In this document: positions 37,306 to 52,400 of the stretch, piece by piece
Numbering within the stretch: position 1 is the first letter of the stretch
Layout: the number at the start of each line of letters is the position of its first letter
Assembly: GCA_964016885.1 (NCBI GenBank)
Contig: OZ024741.1
Location: 69,626,001 to 69,690,000 of the forward strand
Length of the DNA stretch: 64,000 bases
Reading direction: 5' to 3'
Source of the DNA: Eledone cirrhosa
Lineage: Eukaryota
Position numbers and translations under genes: made by a program
Notes under the pieces: generated by a model
What the model was told of the DNA's origin: nothing
Database searches by the model: none
Seen by the model: the letters and a program-made list of their open reading frames with translations, nothing else

Positions 37306-37440
37306 CATCATCATCATCATTTTACATCCATTTTCTGAGACTAGACTGTTTTGCTCATATGTTCCATTTTGGAATGGTTTCTATGGTGTCTATGGTTGGA
37401 TGTCCCTCCTAATGGTAACAATTTTACTGTATGTACTGGA
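37306..37440 (-). mobile_element. 3' end of an RTE-tail SINE that is continuous with the satellite
   Basis: (CAT)n-TTTACATCCATTTT...GGTTTCTATGG...TGGATGTCCCTCCTAATG, as in 22295-22470. Confidence 0.8.
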
Positions 37441-40400
37441 TGTATTTTATTATAACACTAGCACTGCCACTTTACAGTGAGAACTGGATGTATTTTATTG
37501 TAACACCAGCACTGTCACTTTACAGTAAGAACTGGGTGTATCTTATCATGACACCAGCACTGTCACTTTACAGTAAGAACTGGGTGTATCTTATCATGAC
37601 ACCAGCACTGCCACTTTACAGTAAGAACTGGGTGTATTTTATCATGACACCAGCACTGTCATTTTACAGTAAGAACTGGGTGTATTTTATCATGACACCA
37701 GCACTGTCACTTTACAGTAAGAACTAGGTGTATTTTATCATGACACCAGCACTGTCACTTTACAGTAAGAACTAGGTGTATCTTATCATGACACCAGCAC
37801 TGTCACTTTACAGTAAGAACTGGGTGTATCTTATCATGACACCAGCACTATCACTTTACAGTAAGAACTGGGTGTATCTTATCATGACACCAGCACTGTC
37901 ACTTTACAGTAAGAACAGGGTGTATCTTATCATGACACCAGCACTGCCACTTTACAGTAAGAACTGGGTGTATCTTATCATGACACCAGCACTGTCACTT
38001 TACAGTAAGAACTGGGTGTATCTTATCATGACACCAGCACTGTCACTTTACAGTAAGAACTAGGTGTATTTTATCATGACACCAGCACTGTCACTTTACA
38101 GTAAGAACTAGGTGTATCTTATCATGACACCAGCACTGTCACTTTACAGTAAGAACTGGGTGTATCTTATCATGACACCAGCACTGTCACTTTACAGTAA
38201 GAACTGGATGTATTTTATCATGACACCAGCACTGTCACTTTACAGTAAGAACTGGGTGTATTTTATCATGACACCAGCACTGTCACTTTACAGTAAGAAC
38301 TAGGTGTATCTTATCATGACACCAGCACTGTCACTTTACAGTAAGAACTAGGTGTATCTTATCATGACACCAGCACTGCCACTTTACAGTAAGAACTAGG
38401 TGTATTTTATCATGACACCAGCACTGCCACTTTACAGTAAGAACTAGGTGTATTTTATCATGACACCAGCACTGTCACTTTACAGTAAGAACTAGGTGTA
38501 TTTTATCATGACACCAGCACTGCCACTTTACAGTAAGAACTAGGTGTATCTTATCATGACACCAGCACTGTCACTTTACAGTAAGAACTGGGTGTATTTT
38601 ATCATGACACCAGCACTGCCACTTTACAGTAAGAAGTGGGTGTATCTTATCATGACACCAGCACTGCCACTTTACAGTAAGAACTGGATGTATTTTATCA
38701 TGACACCAGCACTGTCACTTTACAGTAAGAACTAGGTGTATCTTATCATGACACCAGCACTGTCACTTTACAGTAAGAACTGGGTGTATCTTATCATGAC
38801 ACCAGCACTGTCACTTTACAGTAAGAACTAGGTGTATTTTATTGTGACACCAGCACTGCCACTTTACAGTAAGAACTAGGTGTATCTTATCATGACACCA
38901 GCACTGTCACTTTACAGTAAGAACTAGGTGTATCTTATCATGACACCAGCACTGTCACTTTACAGTAAGAACTGGATGTATTTTATCATGACACCAGCAC
39001 TGCCACTTTACAGTAAGAACTAGGTGTATCTTATCATGACACCAGCACTGCCACTTTACAGTAAGAACTAGGTGTATCTTATCATGACACCAGCACTGTC
39101 ACTTTACAGTAAGAACTAGGTGTATCTTATCATGACACCAGCACTGTCACTTTACAGTAAGAACTGGGTGTATTTTATCATGACACCAGCACTGTCACTT
39201 TAGTGTAAGAACTAGGTGTATTTTATCATGACACCAGCACTGTCACTTTACAGTAAGAACTAGGTGTATCTTATCATGACACCAGCACTGCCACTTTACA
39301 GTAAGAACTAGGTGTATCTTATCATGACACCAGCACTGTCACTTTACAGTAAGAACTGGGTGTATCTTATCATGACACCAGCACTGCCACTTTACAGTAA
39401 GAACTGGGTGTATCTTATCATGACACCAGCACTGCCACTTTACAGTAAGAACTGGGTGTATCTTATCATGACACCAGCACTGCCACTTTACAGTAAGAAC
39501 TAGGTGTATCTTATCATGACACCAGCACTGTCACTTTACAGTAAGAACTGGATGTATTTTATCATGACACCAGCACTGTCACTTTACAGTAAGAACTGGG
39601 TGTATCTTATCATGACACCAGCACTGCCACTTTACAGTAAGAACTAGGTGTATCTTATCATGACACCAGCACTGTCACTTTACAGTAAGAACTGGGTGTA
39701 TCTTATCATGACACCAGCACTGTCACTTTACAGTAAGAACTGGGTGGATCTTATCATGACACCAGCACTGCCACTTTACAGTAAGAACTAGGTGTATTTT
39801 ATCATGACACCAGCACTGTCACTTTACAGTAAGAACTGGGTGTATTTTATCATGACACCAGCACTGTCACTTTACAGTAAGAACTGGGTGTATTTTATCA
39901 TGACACCAGCACTGTCACTTTACAGTAAGAACTGGGTGTATCTTATCATGACACCAGCACTGCCACTTTACAGTAAGAACTAGGTGTATTTTATCATGAC
40001 ACCAGCACTACCACTTTACAGTAAGAACTGGGTGTATTTTATCATGACACTAGCACTATCACTTTACAGTAAGAACTGGGTGTATTTTATCATGACACCA
40101 GCACTGTCACTTTACAGTAAGAACTGGGTGTATCTTATCATGACACCAGCACTGCCACTTTACAGTAAGAACTAGGTGTATTTTATTGTGACACCAGCAC
40201 TGCCACTTTACAGTAAGAACTAGGTGTATTTTATTGTGACACCAGCACTGCCACTTTACAGTAAGAACTGGGTGTATTTTATTGTGACACCAGCACTGTC
40301 ACTTTACAGTAAGAACTAGTTGTATCTTATCATGACACCAGCACTGTCACTTTACAGTAAGAACTGGGTGTATCTTATCATGACACCAGCACTGTCACTT

Positions 40401-43400
40401 TACAGTAAGAACTAGGTGTATTTTATCATGACACCAGCACCATCACTTTACAGTAAGAACTGGGTGTATTTTATCATGACACCAGCACTGTCACTTTACA
40501 GTAAGAACTAGGTGTATTTTATCATGACACCAGCACCATCACTTTACAGTAAGAACTGGGTGTATTTTATCATGACACCAGCACTGTCACTTTACAGTAA
40601 GAACTAGGTGTATTTTATCATGACACCAGCACTGTCACTTTACAGTAAGAACTGGATGTATTTTATCATGACACCAGCACTGTCATTTTACAGTAAGAAC
40701 TGGATGTATTTTATCATGACACCAGCACTGTCACTTTACAGTAAGAACTGGGTGTATCTTATCATGACACCAGCACTGTCACTTTACAGTAAGAACTAGG
40801 TATATTTTATCATGACACCAGCACTGTCACTTTACAGTAAGAACTAGGTATATTTTATCATGACACCAGCACTGTCACTTTACAGTAAGAACTGGGTGTA
40901 TCTTATCATGACACCAGCACTGTCACTTTACAGTAAGAACTAGGTGTATTTTATCATGACACCAGCACTGCCACTTTACAGTAAGAACTAGGTGTATCTT
41001 ATCATGACACCAGCACTGTCACTTTACAGTAAGAACTAGGTGTATTTTATTGTGACACCAGCACTGTCACTTTACAGTATGAACTGGGTGTATCTTATCA
41101 TGACACCAGCACTGCCACTTTACAGTAAGAACTGGGTGTATCTTATCATGACACCAGCACTGTCACTTTACAGTAAGAACTAGGTGTATCTTATCATGAC
41201 ACCAGCACTGCCACTTTACAGTAAGAACTAGGTGTATTTTATCATGACACCAGCACTGCCACTTTACAGTAAGAACTAGGTGTATTTTATCATGACACCA
41301 GCACTGCCACTTTACAGTAAGAACTGGGTGTATTTTATCATGACACCAGCACTGCCACTTTACAGTAAGAACTGGGTGTATTTTATCATGACACCAGCAC
41401 TGCCACTTTACAGTAAGAACTAGGTGTATTTTATCATGACACCAGCACTGCCACTTTACAGTAAGAACTAGGTGTATTTTATCATGACACCAGCACTGTC
41501 ACTTTACAGTAAGAACTAGGTGTATTTTATCATGACACCAGCACTGCCACTTTACAGTAAGAACTAGGTGTATCTTATCATGACACCAGCACTGTCACTT
41601 TACAGTAAGAACTGGGTGTATTTTATCATGACACCAGCACTGCCACTTTACAGTAAGAACTGGGTGTATCTTATCATGACACCAGCACTGCCACTTTACA
41701 GTAAGAACTGGATGTATTTTATCATGACACCAGCACTGTCACTTTACAGTAAGAACTAGGTGTATCTTATCATGACACCAGCACTGTCACTTTACAGTAA
41801 GAACTGGGTGTATCTTATCATGACACCAGCACTGTCACTTTACAGTAAGAACTAGGTGTATTTTATTGTGACACCAGCACTGCCACTTTACAGTAAGAAC
41901 TAGGTGTATCTTATCATGACACCAGCACTGCCACTTTACAGTAAGAACTAGGTGTATTTTATCATGACACCAGCACTGCCACTTTACAGTAAGAACTGGA
42001 TGTATTTTATCATGACACCAGCACTGTCACTTTACAGTAAGAACTGGGTGTATCTTATCATGACACCAGCATTGTCACTTTACAGTAAGAACTGGGTGTA
42101 TCTTATCATGACACCAGCACTGCCACTTTACAGTAAGAACTAGGTGTATTTTATCATGACACCAGCACTACCACTTTACAGTAAGAACTGGGTGTATTTT
42201 ATCATGACACCAGCACTATCACTTTACACTAAGAACTGGGTGTATTTTATCATGACACCAGCACTGTCACTTTATAGTAAGAACTGGGTGTATCTTATCA
42301 TGACACCAGCACTGCCACTTTACAGTAAGAACTAGGTGTATTTTATTGTGACACCAGCACTGCCACTTTACAGTAAGAACTAGGTGTATTTTATTGTGAC
42401 ACCAGCACTGCCACTTTACAGTAAGAACTGGGTGTATTTTATTGTGACACCAGCACTGTCACTTTACAGTAAGAACTAGTTGTATCTTATCATGACACCA
42501 GCACTGTCATTTTACAGTAAGAACTGGATGTATTTTATCATGACACCAGCACCATCACTTTACAGTAAGAACTGGGTGTATCTTATCATGACACCAGCAC
42601 TGTCACTTTACAGTAAGAACTAGGTGTATTTTATCATGACACCAGCACTGCCACTTTACAGTAAGAACTAGGTGTATTTTATCATGACACCAGCACTGTC
42701 ACTTTACAGTAAGAACTAGGTGTATTTTATCATGACACCAGCACTGCCACTTTACAGTAAGAACTAGGTGTATCTTATCATGACACCAGCACTGTCACTT
42801 TACAGTAAGAACTGGGTGTATTTTATCATGACACCAGCACTGCCACTTTACAGTAAGAACTAGGTGTATTTTATTGTGATACCAGCACTGTCACTTTACA
42901 GTAAGAACTAGGTGTATTTTATCATGACACCAGCACTGTCACTTTACAGTAAGAACTAGGTGTATCTTATCATGACACCAGCACTGTCACTTTACAGTAA
43001 GAACTGGGTGTATCTTATCATGACACCAGCACTGTCACTTTACAGTAAGAACTAGGTGTATTTTATTGTGACACCAGCACTGCCACTTTACAGTAAGAAC
43101 TAGGTGTATTTTATCGTGACACCAGCACTGTCACTTTACAGTAAGAACTAGGTGTATCTTATCATGACACCAGCACTGTCACTTTACAGTAAGAACTAGG
43201 TGTATCTTATCATGACACCAGCACTGTCACTTTACAGTAAGAACTGGATGTATTTTATCATGACACCAGCACTGCCACTTTACAGTAAGAACTAGGTGTA
43301 TCTTATCATGACACCAGCACTGTCACTTTACAGTAAGAACTAGGTGTATCTTATCATGACACCAGCACTGTCACTTTACAGTAAGAACTGGGTGTATTTT

Positions 43401-46400
43401 ATCATGACACCAGCACTGTCACTTTAGTGTAAGAACTAGGTGTATTTTATCATGACACCAGCACTGTCACTTTACAGTAAGAACTAGGTGTATCTTATCA
43501 TGACACCAGCACTGCCACTTTACAGTAAGAACTAGGTGTATCTTATCATGACACCAGCACTGTCACTTTACAGTAAGAACTGGGTGTATCTTATCATGAC
43601 ACCAGCACTGCCACTTTACAGTAAGAACTGGGTGTATCTTATCATGACACCAGCACTGCCACTTTACAGTAAGAACTGGGTGTATCTTATCATGACACCA
43701 GCACTGCCACTTTACAGTAAGAACTAGGTGTATTTTATCATGACACCAGCACTACCACTTTACAGTAAGAACTGGGTGTATTTTATCATGACACCAGCAC
43801 TATCAGTTTACATTAAGAACTGGGTGTATTTTATCATGACACCAGCACTGTCACTTTACAGTAAGAACTGGGTGTATCTTATCATGACACCAGCACTGCC
43901 ACTTTACAGTAAGAACTAGGTGTATTTTATTGTGACACCAGCACTGCCACTTTACAGTAAGAACTAGGTGTATTTTATTGTGACACCAGCACTGCCACTT
44001 TACAGTAAGAACTGGGTGTATTTTATTGTGACACCAGCACTGTCACTTTACAGTAAGAACTAGGTGTATCTTATCATGACACCAGCACTGTCACTTTACA
44101 GTAAGAACTGGGTGTATCTTATCATGACACCAGCACTGCCACTTTACAGTAAGAACTAGGTGTATCTTATCATGACACCAGCACTGTCACTTTACAGTAA
44201 GAACTAGGTGTATTTTATTGTGACACCAGCACTGTCACTTTACAGTAAGAACTGGGTGTATCTTATCATGACACCAGCACTGTCACTTTACAGTAAGAAC
44301 TGGATGTATTTTATCATGACGCCAGCACTGTCACTTTAAAGTAAGAACTGGGTGTATCTTATCATGACACCAGCACTGCCACTTTACAGTAAGAACTAGG
44401 TGTATCTTATCATGACACCAGCACTGTCACTTTACAGTAAGAACTGGGTGTATCTTTGCATGACACCAGCACTGTCACTTTACAGTAAGAACTGGGTGTA
44501 TCTTATCATGACACCAGCACTGCCACTTTACAGTAAGAACTAGGTGTATTTTATCATGACACCAGCACTGCCACTTTACAGTAAGAACTGGGTGTATTTT
44601 ATCATGACACCAGCACTGTCACTTTACAGTAAGAACTGGGTGTATTTTATCATGACACCAGCACTGTCACTTTACAATAAGAACTGGGTGTATCTTATCA
44701 TGACACCAGCACTGCCACTTTACAGTAAGAACTAGGTGTATTTTATCATGACACCAGCACTATCACTTTACAGTAAGAACTGGGTGTATTTTATCATGAC
44801 ACCAGCACTATCACTTTACAGTAAGAACTGGGTGTATTTAATCATGACACCAGCACTGTCACTTTACAGTAAGAACTGGGTGTATCTTATCATGACACCA
44901 GCACTGCCACTTTACAGTAAGAACTAGGTGTATTTTATTGTGACACCAGCACTGCCACTTTACAGTAAGAACTAGGTGTATTTTATTGTGACACCAGCAC
45001 TGCCACTTTACAGTAAGAACTGGGTGTATTTTATTGTGACACCAGCACTGTCACTTTACAGTAAGAACTAGGTGTATCTTATCATGACACCAGCACTGTC
45101 ACTTTACAGTAAGAACTGGGTGTATCTTATCATGACACCAGCACTGCCACTTTACAGTAAGAACTAGGTGTATTTTATCATGACACCAGCACTGTCACTT
45201 TACAGTAAGAAGTAGGTGTATTTTATCATGACACCAGCACCATCACTTTACAGTAAGAACTGGGTGTATTTTATCATGACACCAGCACTGTCACTTTACA
45301 GTAAGAACTAGGTGTATTTTATCATGACACCAGCACCATCACTTTACAGTAAGAACTGGGTGTATTTTATCATGACACCAGCACTGTCACTTTACAGTAA
45401 GAACTGGATGTATTTTATCATGACACCAGCACTGTCACTTTACAGTAAGAACTGGGTGTATCTTATCATGACACCAGCACTGCCACTTTACAGTAAGAAC
45501 TGGGTGTATCTTATCATGACACCAGCACTGCCACTTTACAGTAAGAACTAGGTGTATTTTATCATGACACCAGCACTACCACTTTACAGTAAGAACTGGG
45601 TGTATTTTATCATGACACCAGCACTATCAGTTTACATTAAGAACTGGGTGTATTTTATCATGACACCAGCACTGTCACTTTACAGTAAGAACTGGGTGTA
45701 TCTTATCATGACACCAGCACTGCCACTTTACAGTAAGAACTAGGTGTATTTTATTGTGACACCAGCACTGCCACTTTACAGTAAGAACTAGGTGTATTTT
45801 ATTGTGACACCAGCACTGCCACTTTACAGTAAGAACTGGGTGTATTTTATTGTGACACCAGCACTGTCACTTTACAGTAAGAACTAGGTGTATCTTATCA
45901 TGACACCAGCACTGTCACTTTACAGTAAGAACTGGGTGTATCTTATCATGACACCAGCACTGCCACTTTACAGTAAGAACTAGGTGTATCTTATCATGAC
46001 ACCAGCACTGTCACTTTACAGTAAGAACTAGGTGTATTTTATTGTGACACCAGCACTGTCACTTTACAGTAAGAACTGGGTGTATCTTATCATGACACCA
46101 GCACTGTCACTTTACAGTAAGAACTGGATGTATTTTATCATGACGCCAGCACTGTCACTTTAAAGTAAGAACTGGGTGTATCTTATCATGACACCAGCAC
46201 TGCCACTTTACAGTAAGAACTAGGTGTATCTTATCATGACACCAGCACTGTCACTTTACAGTAAGAACTGGGTGTATCTTTGCATGACACCAGCACTGTC
46301 ACTTTACAGTAAGAACTGGGTGTATCTTATCATGACACCAGCACTGCCACTTTACAGTAAGAACTAGGTGTATTTTATCATGACACCAGCACTGCCACTT

Positions 46401-49400
46401 TACAGTAAGAACTGGGTGTATTTTATCATGACACCAGCACTGTCACTTTACAGTAAGAACTGGGTGTATTTTATCATGACACCAGCACTGTCACTTTACA
46501 AAAAGAACTGGGTGTATCTTATCATGACACCAGCACTGCCACTTTACAGTAAGAACTAGGTGTATTTTATCATGACACCAGCACTATCACTTTACAGTAA
46601 GAACTGGGTGTATTTTATCATGACACCAGCACTATCACTTTACAGTAAGAACTGGGTGTATTTAATCATGACACCAGCACTGTCACTTTACAGTAAGAAC
46701 TGGGTGTATCTTATCATGACACCAGCACTGCCACTTTACAGTAAGAACTAGGTGTATTTTATTGTGACACCAGCACTGCCACTTTACAGTAAGAACTAGG
46801 TGTATTTTATTGTGACACCAGCACTGCCACTTTACAGTAAGAACTGGGTGTATTTTATTGTGACACCAGCACTGTCACTTTACAGTAAGAACTAGGTGTA
46901 TCTTATCATGACACCAGCACTGTCACTTTACAGTAAGAACTGGGTGTATCTTATCATGACACCAGCACTGCCACTTTACAGTAAGAACTAGGTGTATTTT
47001 ATCATGACACCAGCACTGTCACTTTACAGTAAGAAGTAGGTGTATTTTATCATGACACCAGCACCATCACTTTACAGTAAGAACTGGGTGTATTTTATCA
47101 TGACACCAGCACTGTCACTTTACAGTAAGAACTAGGTGTATTTTATCATGACACCAGCACCATCACTTTACAGTAAGAACTGGGTGTATTTTATCATGAC
47201 ACCAGCACTGTCACTTTACAGTAAGAACTGGATGTATTTTATCATGACACCAGTACCGTCACTTTACAGTAAGAACTGGGTGTATCTTATCATGACACCA
47301 GCACTGTCACTTTACAGTAAGAACTAGGTGTATTTTATCATGACACCAGCACTATCACTTTACAGTAAGAACTGGGTGTATCTTTGCATGACACCAGCAC
47401 TGTCACTTTACAGTAAGAACTGGGTGTATCTTATCATGACACCAGCACTGCCACTTTACAGTAAGAACTAGGTGTATTTTATCATGACACCAGCACTGCC
47501 ACTTTACAGTAAGAACTGGGTGTATTTTATCATGACACCAGCACTGTCACTTTACAGTAAGAACTGGGTGTATTTTATCATGACACCAGCACTGTCACTT
47601 TACAATAAGAACTGGGTGTATCTTATCATGACACCAGCACTGCCACTTTACAGTAAGAACTAGGTGTATTTTATCATGACACCAGCACTATCACTTTACA
47701 GTAAGAACTGGGTGTATTTTATCATGACACCAGCACTATCACTTTACAGTAAGAACTGGGTGTATTTAATCATGACACCAGCACTGTCACTTTACAGTAA
47801 GAACTGGGTGTATCTTATCATGACACCAGCACTGCCACTTTACAGTAAGAACTAGGTGTATTTTATTGTGACACCAGCACTGCCACTTTACAGTAAGAAC
47901 TAGGTGTATTTTATTGTGACACCAGCACTGCCACTTTACAGTAAGAACTGGGTGTATTTTATTGTGACACCAGCACTGTCACTTTACAGTAAGAACTAGG
48001 TGTATCTTATCATGACACCAGCACTGTCACTTTACACTAAGAACTGGGTGTATCTTATCATGACACCAGCACTGCCACTTTACAGTAAGAACTAGGTGTA
48101 TTTTATCATGACACCAGCACTGTCACTTTACAGTAAGAAGTAGGTGTATTTTATCATGACACCAGCACCATCACTTTACAGTAAGAACTGGGTGTATTTT
48201 ATCATGACACCAGCACTGTCACTTTACAGTAAGAACTAGGTGTATTTTATCATGACACCAGCACCATCACTTTACAGTAAGAACTGGGTGTATTTTATCA
48301 TGACACCAGCACTGTCACTTTACAGTAAGAACTGGATGTATTTTATCATGACACCAGCACTGTCACTTTACAGTAAGAACTGGGTGTATCTTATCATGAC
48401 ACCAGCACTGTCACTTTACAGTAAGAACTAGGTGTATTATATCATGACACCAGCACTGTCACTTTACAGTAAGAACTGGGTGTATCTTATCATGACACCA
48501 GCACTGTCACTTTACAGTAAGAACTAGGTATATTTTATCATGACACCAGCACTGTCACTTTACAGTAAGAACTAGGTATATTTTATCATGACACCAGCAC
48601 TGTCACTTTACAGTAAGAACTAGGTGTATTTTATCATGACACCAGCACTGCCACTTTACAGTAAGAACGAGGTGTATCTTATCATGCCACCAGCACTGTC
48701 ACTTTACAGTAAGAACTAGGTGTATTTTATTGTGACACCAGCACTGTCACTTTACAGTAAGAACTGGGTGTATCTTATCATGACACCAGCACTGCCACTT
48801 TACAGTAAGAACTGGGTGTATCTTATCATGATACCAGCACTGTCACTTTACAGTAAGAACTAGGTGTATCTTATCATGACACCAGCACTGTCACTTTACA
48901 GTAAGAACTGGGTGTATTTTATCATGACACCAGCACTGTCACTTTACAGTAAGAACTGGGTGTATCTTATCATGACACCAGCACTGCCACTTTACAGTAA
49001 GAACTAGGTGTATTTTATCATGACACCAGCACTGTCACTTTACAATAAGAACTAGGTGTATTTTATTGTGACACCAGCACTGTCACTTTACAGTAAGAAC
49101 TGGGTGTATCTTATCATGACACCAGCACTGTCACTTTACAGTAAGAACTGGGTGTATTTTATCATGACACCAGCACTGTCACTTTACAGTAAGAACTGGG
49201 TGTATCTTATCATGACACCAGCACTGTCACTTTACAGTAAGAACTAGGTGTATTTTATTGTGATACCAGCACTGTCACTTTACAGTAAGAACTAGGTGTA
49301 TTTTATTGTGATACCAGCACTGTCACTTTACAGTAAGAACTAGGTGTATTTTATCATGACACCAGCACTGTCACTTTACAGTAAGAACTGGGTGTATTTT

Positions 49401-52400
49401 ATCATGACACCAGCACTGCCACTTTACAGTAAGAACTAGGTGTATTTTATTGTGATACCAGCACTGTCACTTTACAGTAAGAACTGGGTGTATCTTATCA
49501 TGACACCAGCACTGTCACTTTACAGTAAGACTAGGTGTATTTTATCATGACACCAGCACTGTCACTTTACAGTAAGAACTGGGTGTATTTTATCATGACA
49601 CCAGCACTGCCACTTTACAGTAAGAACTAGGTGTATTTTATCATGACACCAGCACTGTCACTTTACAGTAAGAACTGGGTGTATTTTATCATGACACCAG
49701 CACTGCCACTTTACAGTAAGAACTAGGTGTATTTTATTGTGATACCAGCACTGTCACTTTACAGTAAGAACTAGGTGTATTTTATTGTGATACCAGCACT
49801 GTCACTTTACAGTAAGAACTAGGTGTATTTTATTGTGATACCAGCACTGCCACTTTACAGTAAGAACTAGGTGTATTTTATTGTGATACCAGCACTGTCA
49901 CTTTACAGTAAGAACTAGGTGTATTTTATTGTGATACCAGCACTGTCACTTTACAGTAAGAACTAGGTGTATGTTATTGTGATACCAGCACTGTCACTTT
50001 ACAGTAAGAACTAGGTGTATTTCATTGTGATAGCAGCACTGTCACTTTACAGTAAGAACTAGGTGTATGTTATTGTGATACCAGCACTGTCACTTTACAG
50101 TAAGAACTAGGTGTATGTTATTGTGATACCAGCACTGTCACTTTACAGTAAGAACTAGGTGTATTTTATTGTGATACCAGCACTGTCACTTTACAGTAAG
50201 AACTAGGTGTATTTTATTGTGATACCAGCACTGCCACTTTACAGTAAGAAGTAGGTGTATTTTATTGTGATACCAGCACTGCCACTTTAGTGTAAGAACT
50301 AGGTGTATTTTATTGTGATACCAGCACTGTCACTTTACAGTAAGAACTAGGTGTATTTTATTGTGATACCAGCACTGTCACTTTACAATAAGAACTAGGT
50401 GTATTTTATTGTGATACCAGCACTGTCACTTTACAGTAAGAACTAGGTGTATCTTCTTGTGATACCAGCACTGTCACTTTACAGTAAGAACTAGGTGTAT
50501 TTTATTGTGATACCAGCACTGCCACTTTACAGTAAGAACTAGGTGTATTTTATTGTGACACCAGCACTGTCACTTTACAGTAAGAACTAGGTGTATTTTA
50601 TTGTGATACCAGCACTGTCACTTTACAGTAAGAACTAGGTGTATTTTATTGTGACACCAGCACTGTCACTTTACAGTAAGAACTGGGTGTATTTTATCAT
50701 GACACCAGCACTGTCACTTGACAGTAAGAACTGGGTGTATTTTATCATGACACCAGCACTGTCACTTTAGAGTAAGAACTGGGTGTATTTTATCATGACA
50801 CCAGCACTGTCACTTTACAGTAAGAACTGGGTGTATCTTATCATGACACCAGCACTGTCACTTTACAGTAAGAACTCGGTGTATTTTATCATGACACCAG
50901 CACTGTCACTTTACAGTAAGAACTGGGTGTATCTTATCATGACACCAGCACTGCCACTTTACAGTAAGAACTAGGTGTATTTTATCATGACACCAGCACT
51001 GTCACTTTACAGTAAGAACTAGGTGTATTTTATCATGACACCAGCACTGTCACTTTACAGTAAGAACTAGGTGTATTTTATCATGACACCAGCACCATCA
51101 CTTTACAGTAAGAACTGGGTGTATTTTATCATGACACCAGCACTGTCACTTTACAGTAAGAACTGGATGTATTTTATCATGACACCAGCACTGTCACTTT
51201 ACAGTAAGAAATAGGTGTATTATATCATGACACCAGCACCATCACTTTACAGTAAGAACTGGATGTATTTTATCATGACACCAGCACTGTCACTTTACAG
51301 TAAGAACTAGGTGTATTTTATCATGACACCAGCACTGTCACTTTACAGTAAGAACTGGGTGTATCTTATCATGACACCAGCACTGTCACTTTACAGTAAG
51401 AACTAGGTATATTTTATCATGACACCAGCACTGTCACTTTACAGTAAGAACTAGGTATATTTTATCATGACACCAGCACTGTCACTTTACAGTAAGAACT
51501 AGGTGTATTTTATCATGACACCAGCACTGCCACTTTACAGTAAGAACGAGGTGTATCTTATCATGACACCAGCACTGCCACTTTACAGTAAGAACTGGGT
51601 GTATCTTATCATGATACCAACACTGTCACTTTACAGTAAGAACTAGGTGTATCTTATCATGACACCAGCACTGTCACTTTACAGTAAGAACTGGGTGTAT
51701 TTTATCATGACACCAGCACTCTCACTTTACAGTAAGAACTGGGTGTATCTTATCATGACACCAGCACTGCCACTTTACAGTAAGAACTAGGTGTATTTTA
51801 TCATGACACCAGCACTGTCACTTTACAATAAGAACTAGGTGTATTTTATTGTGACACCAGCACTGTCACTTTACAGTAAGAACTGGGTGTATCTTATCAT
51901 GACACCAGCACTGTCACTTTACAGTAAGAACTGGGTGTATTTTATCATGACACCAGCACTGTCACTTTACAGTAAGAACTGGGTGTATCTTATCATGACA
52001 CCAGCACTGTCACTTTACAGTAACAACTAGGTGTATTTTATTGTGATACCAGCACTGTCACTTTACAGTAAGAACTAGGTGTATTTTATTGTGATACCAG
52101 CACTGTCACTTTACAGTAAGAACTAGGTGTATTTTATCATGACACCAGCACTGTCACTTTACAGTAAGAACTGGGTGTATTTTATCATGACACCAGCACT
52201 GCCACTTTACAGTAAGAACTAGGTGTATTTTATTGTGATACCAGCACTGTCACTTTACAGTAAGAACTAGGTGTATTTTATTGTGATACCAGCACTGTCA
52301 CTTTACAGTAAGAACTAGGTGTATTTTATTGTGATACCAGCACTGTCACTTTACAGTAAGAACTAGGTGTATTTTATTGTGATACCAGCACTGTCACTTT

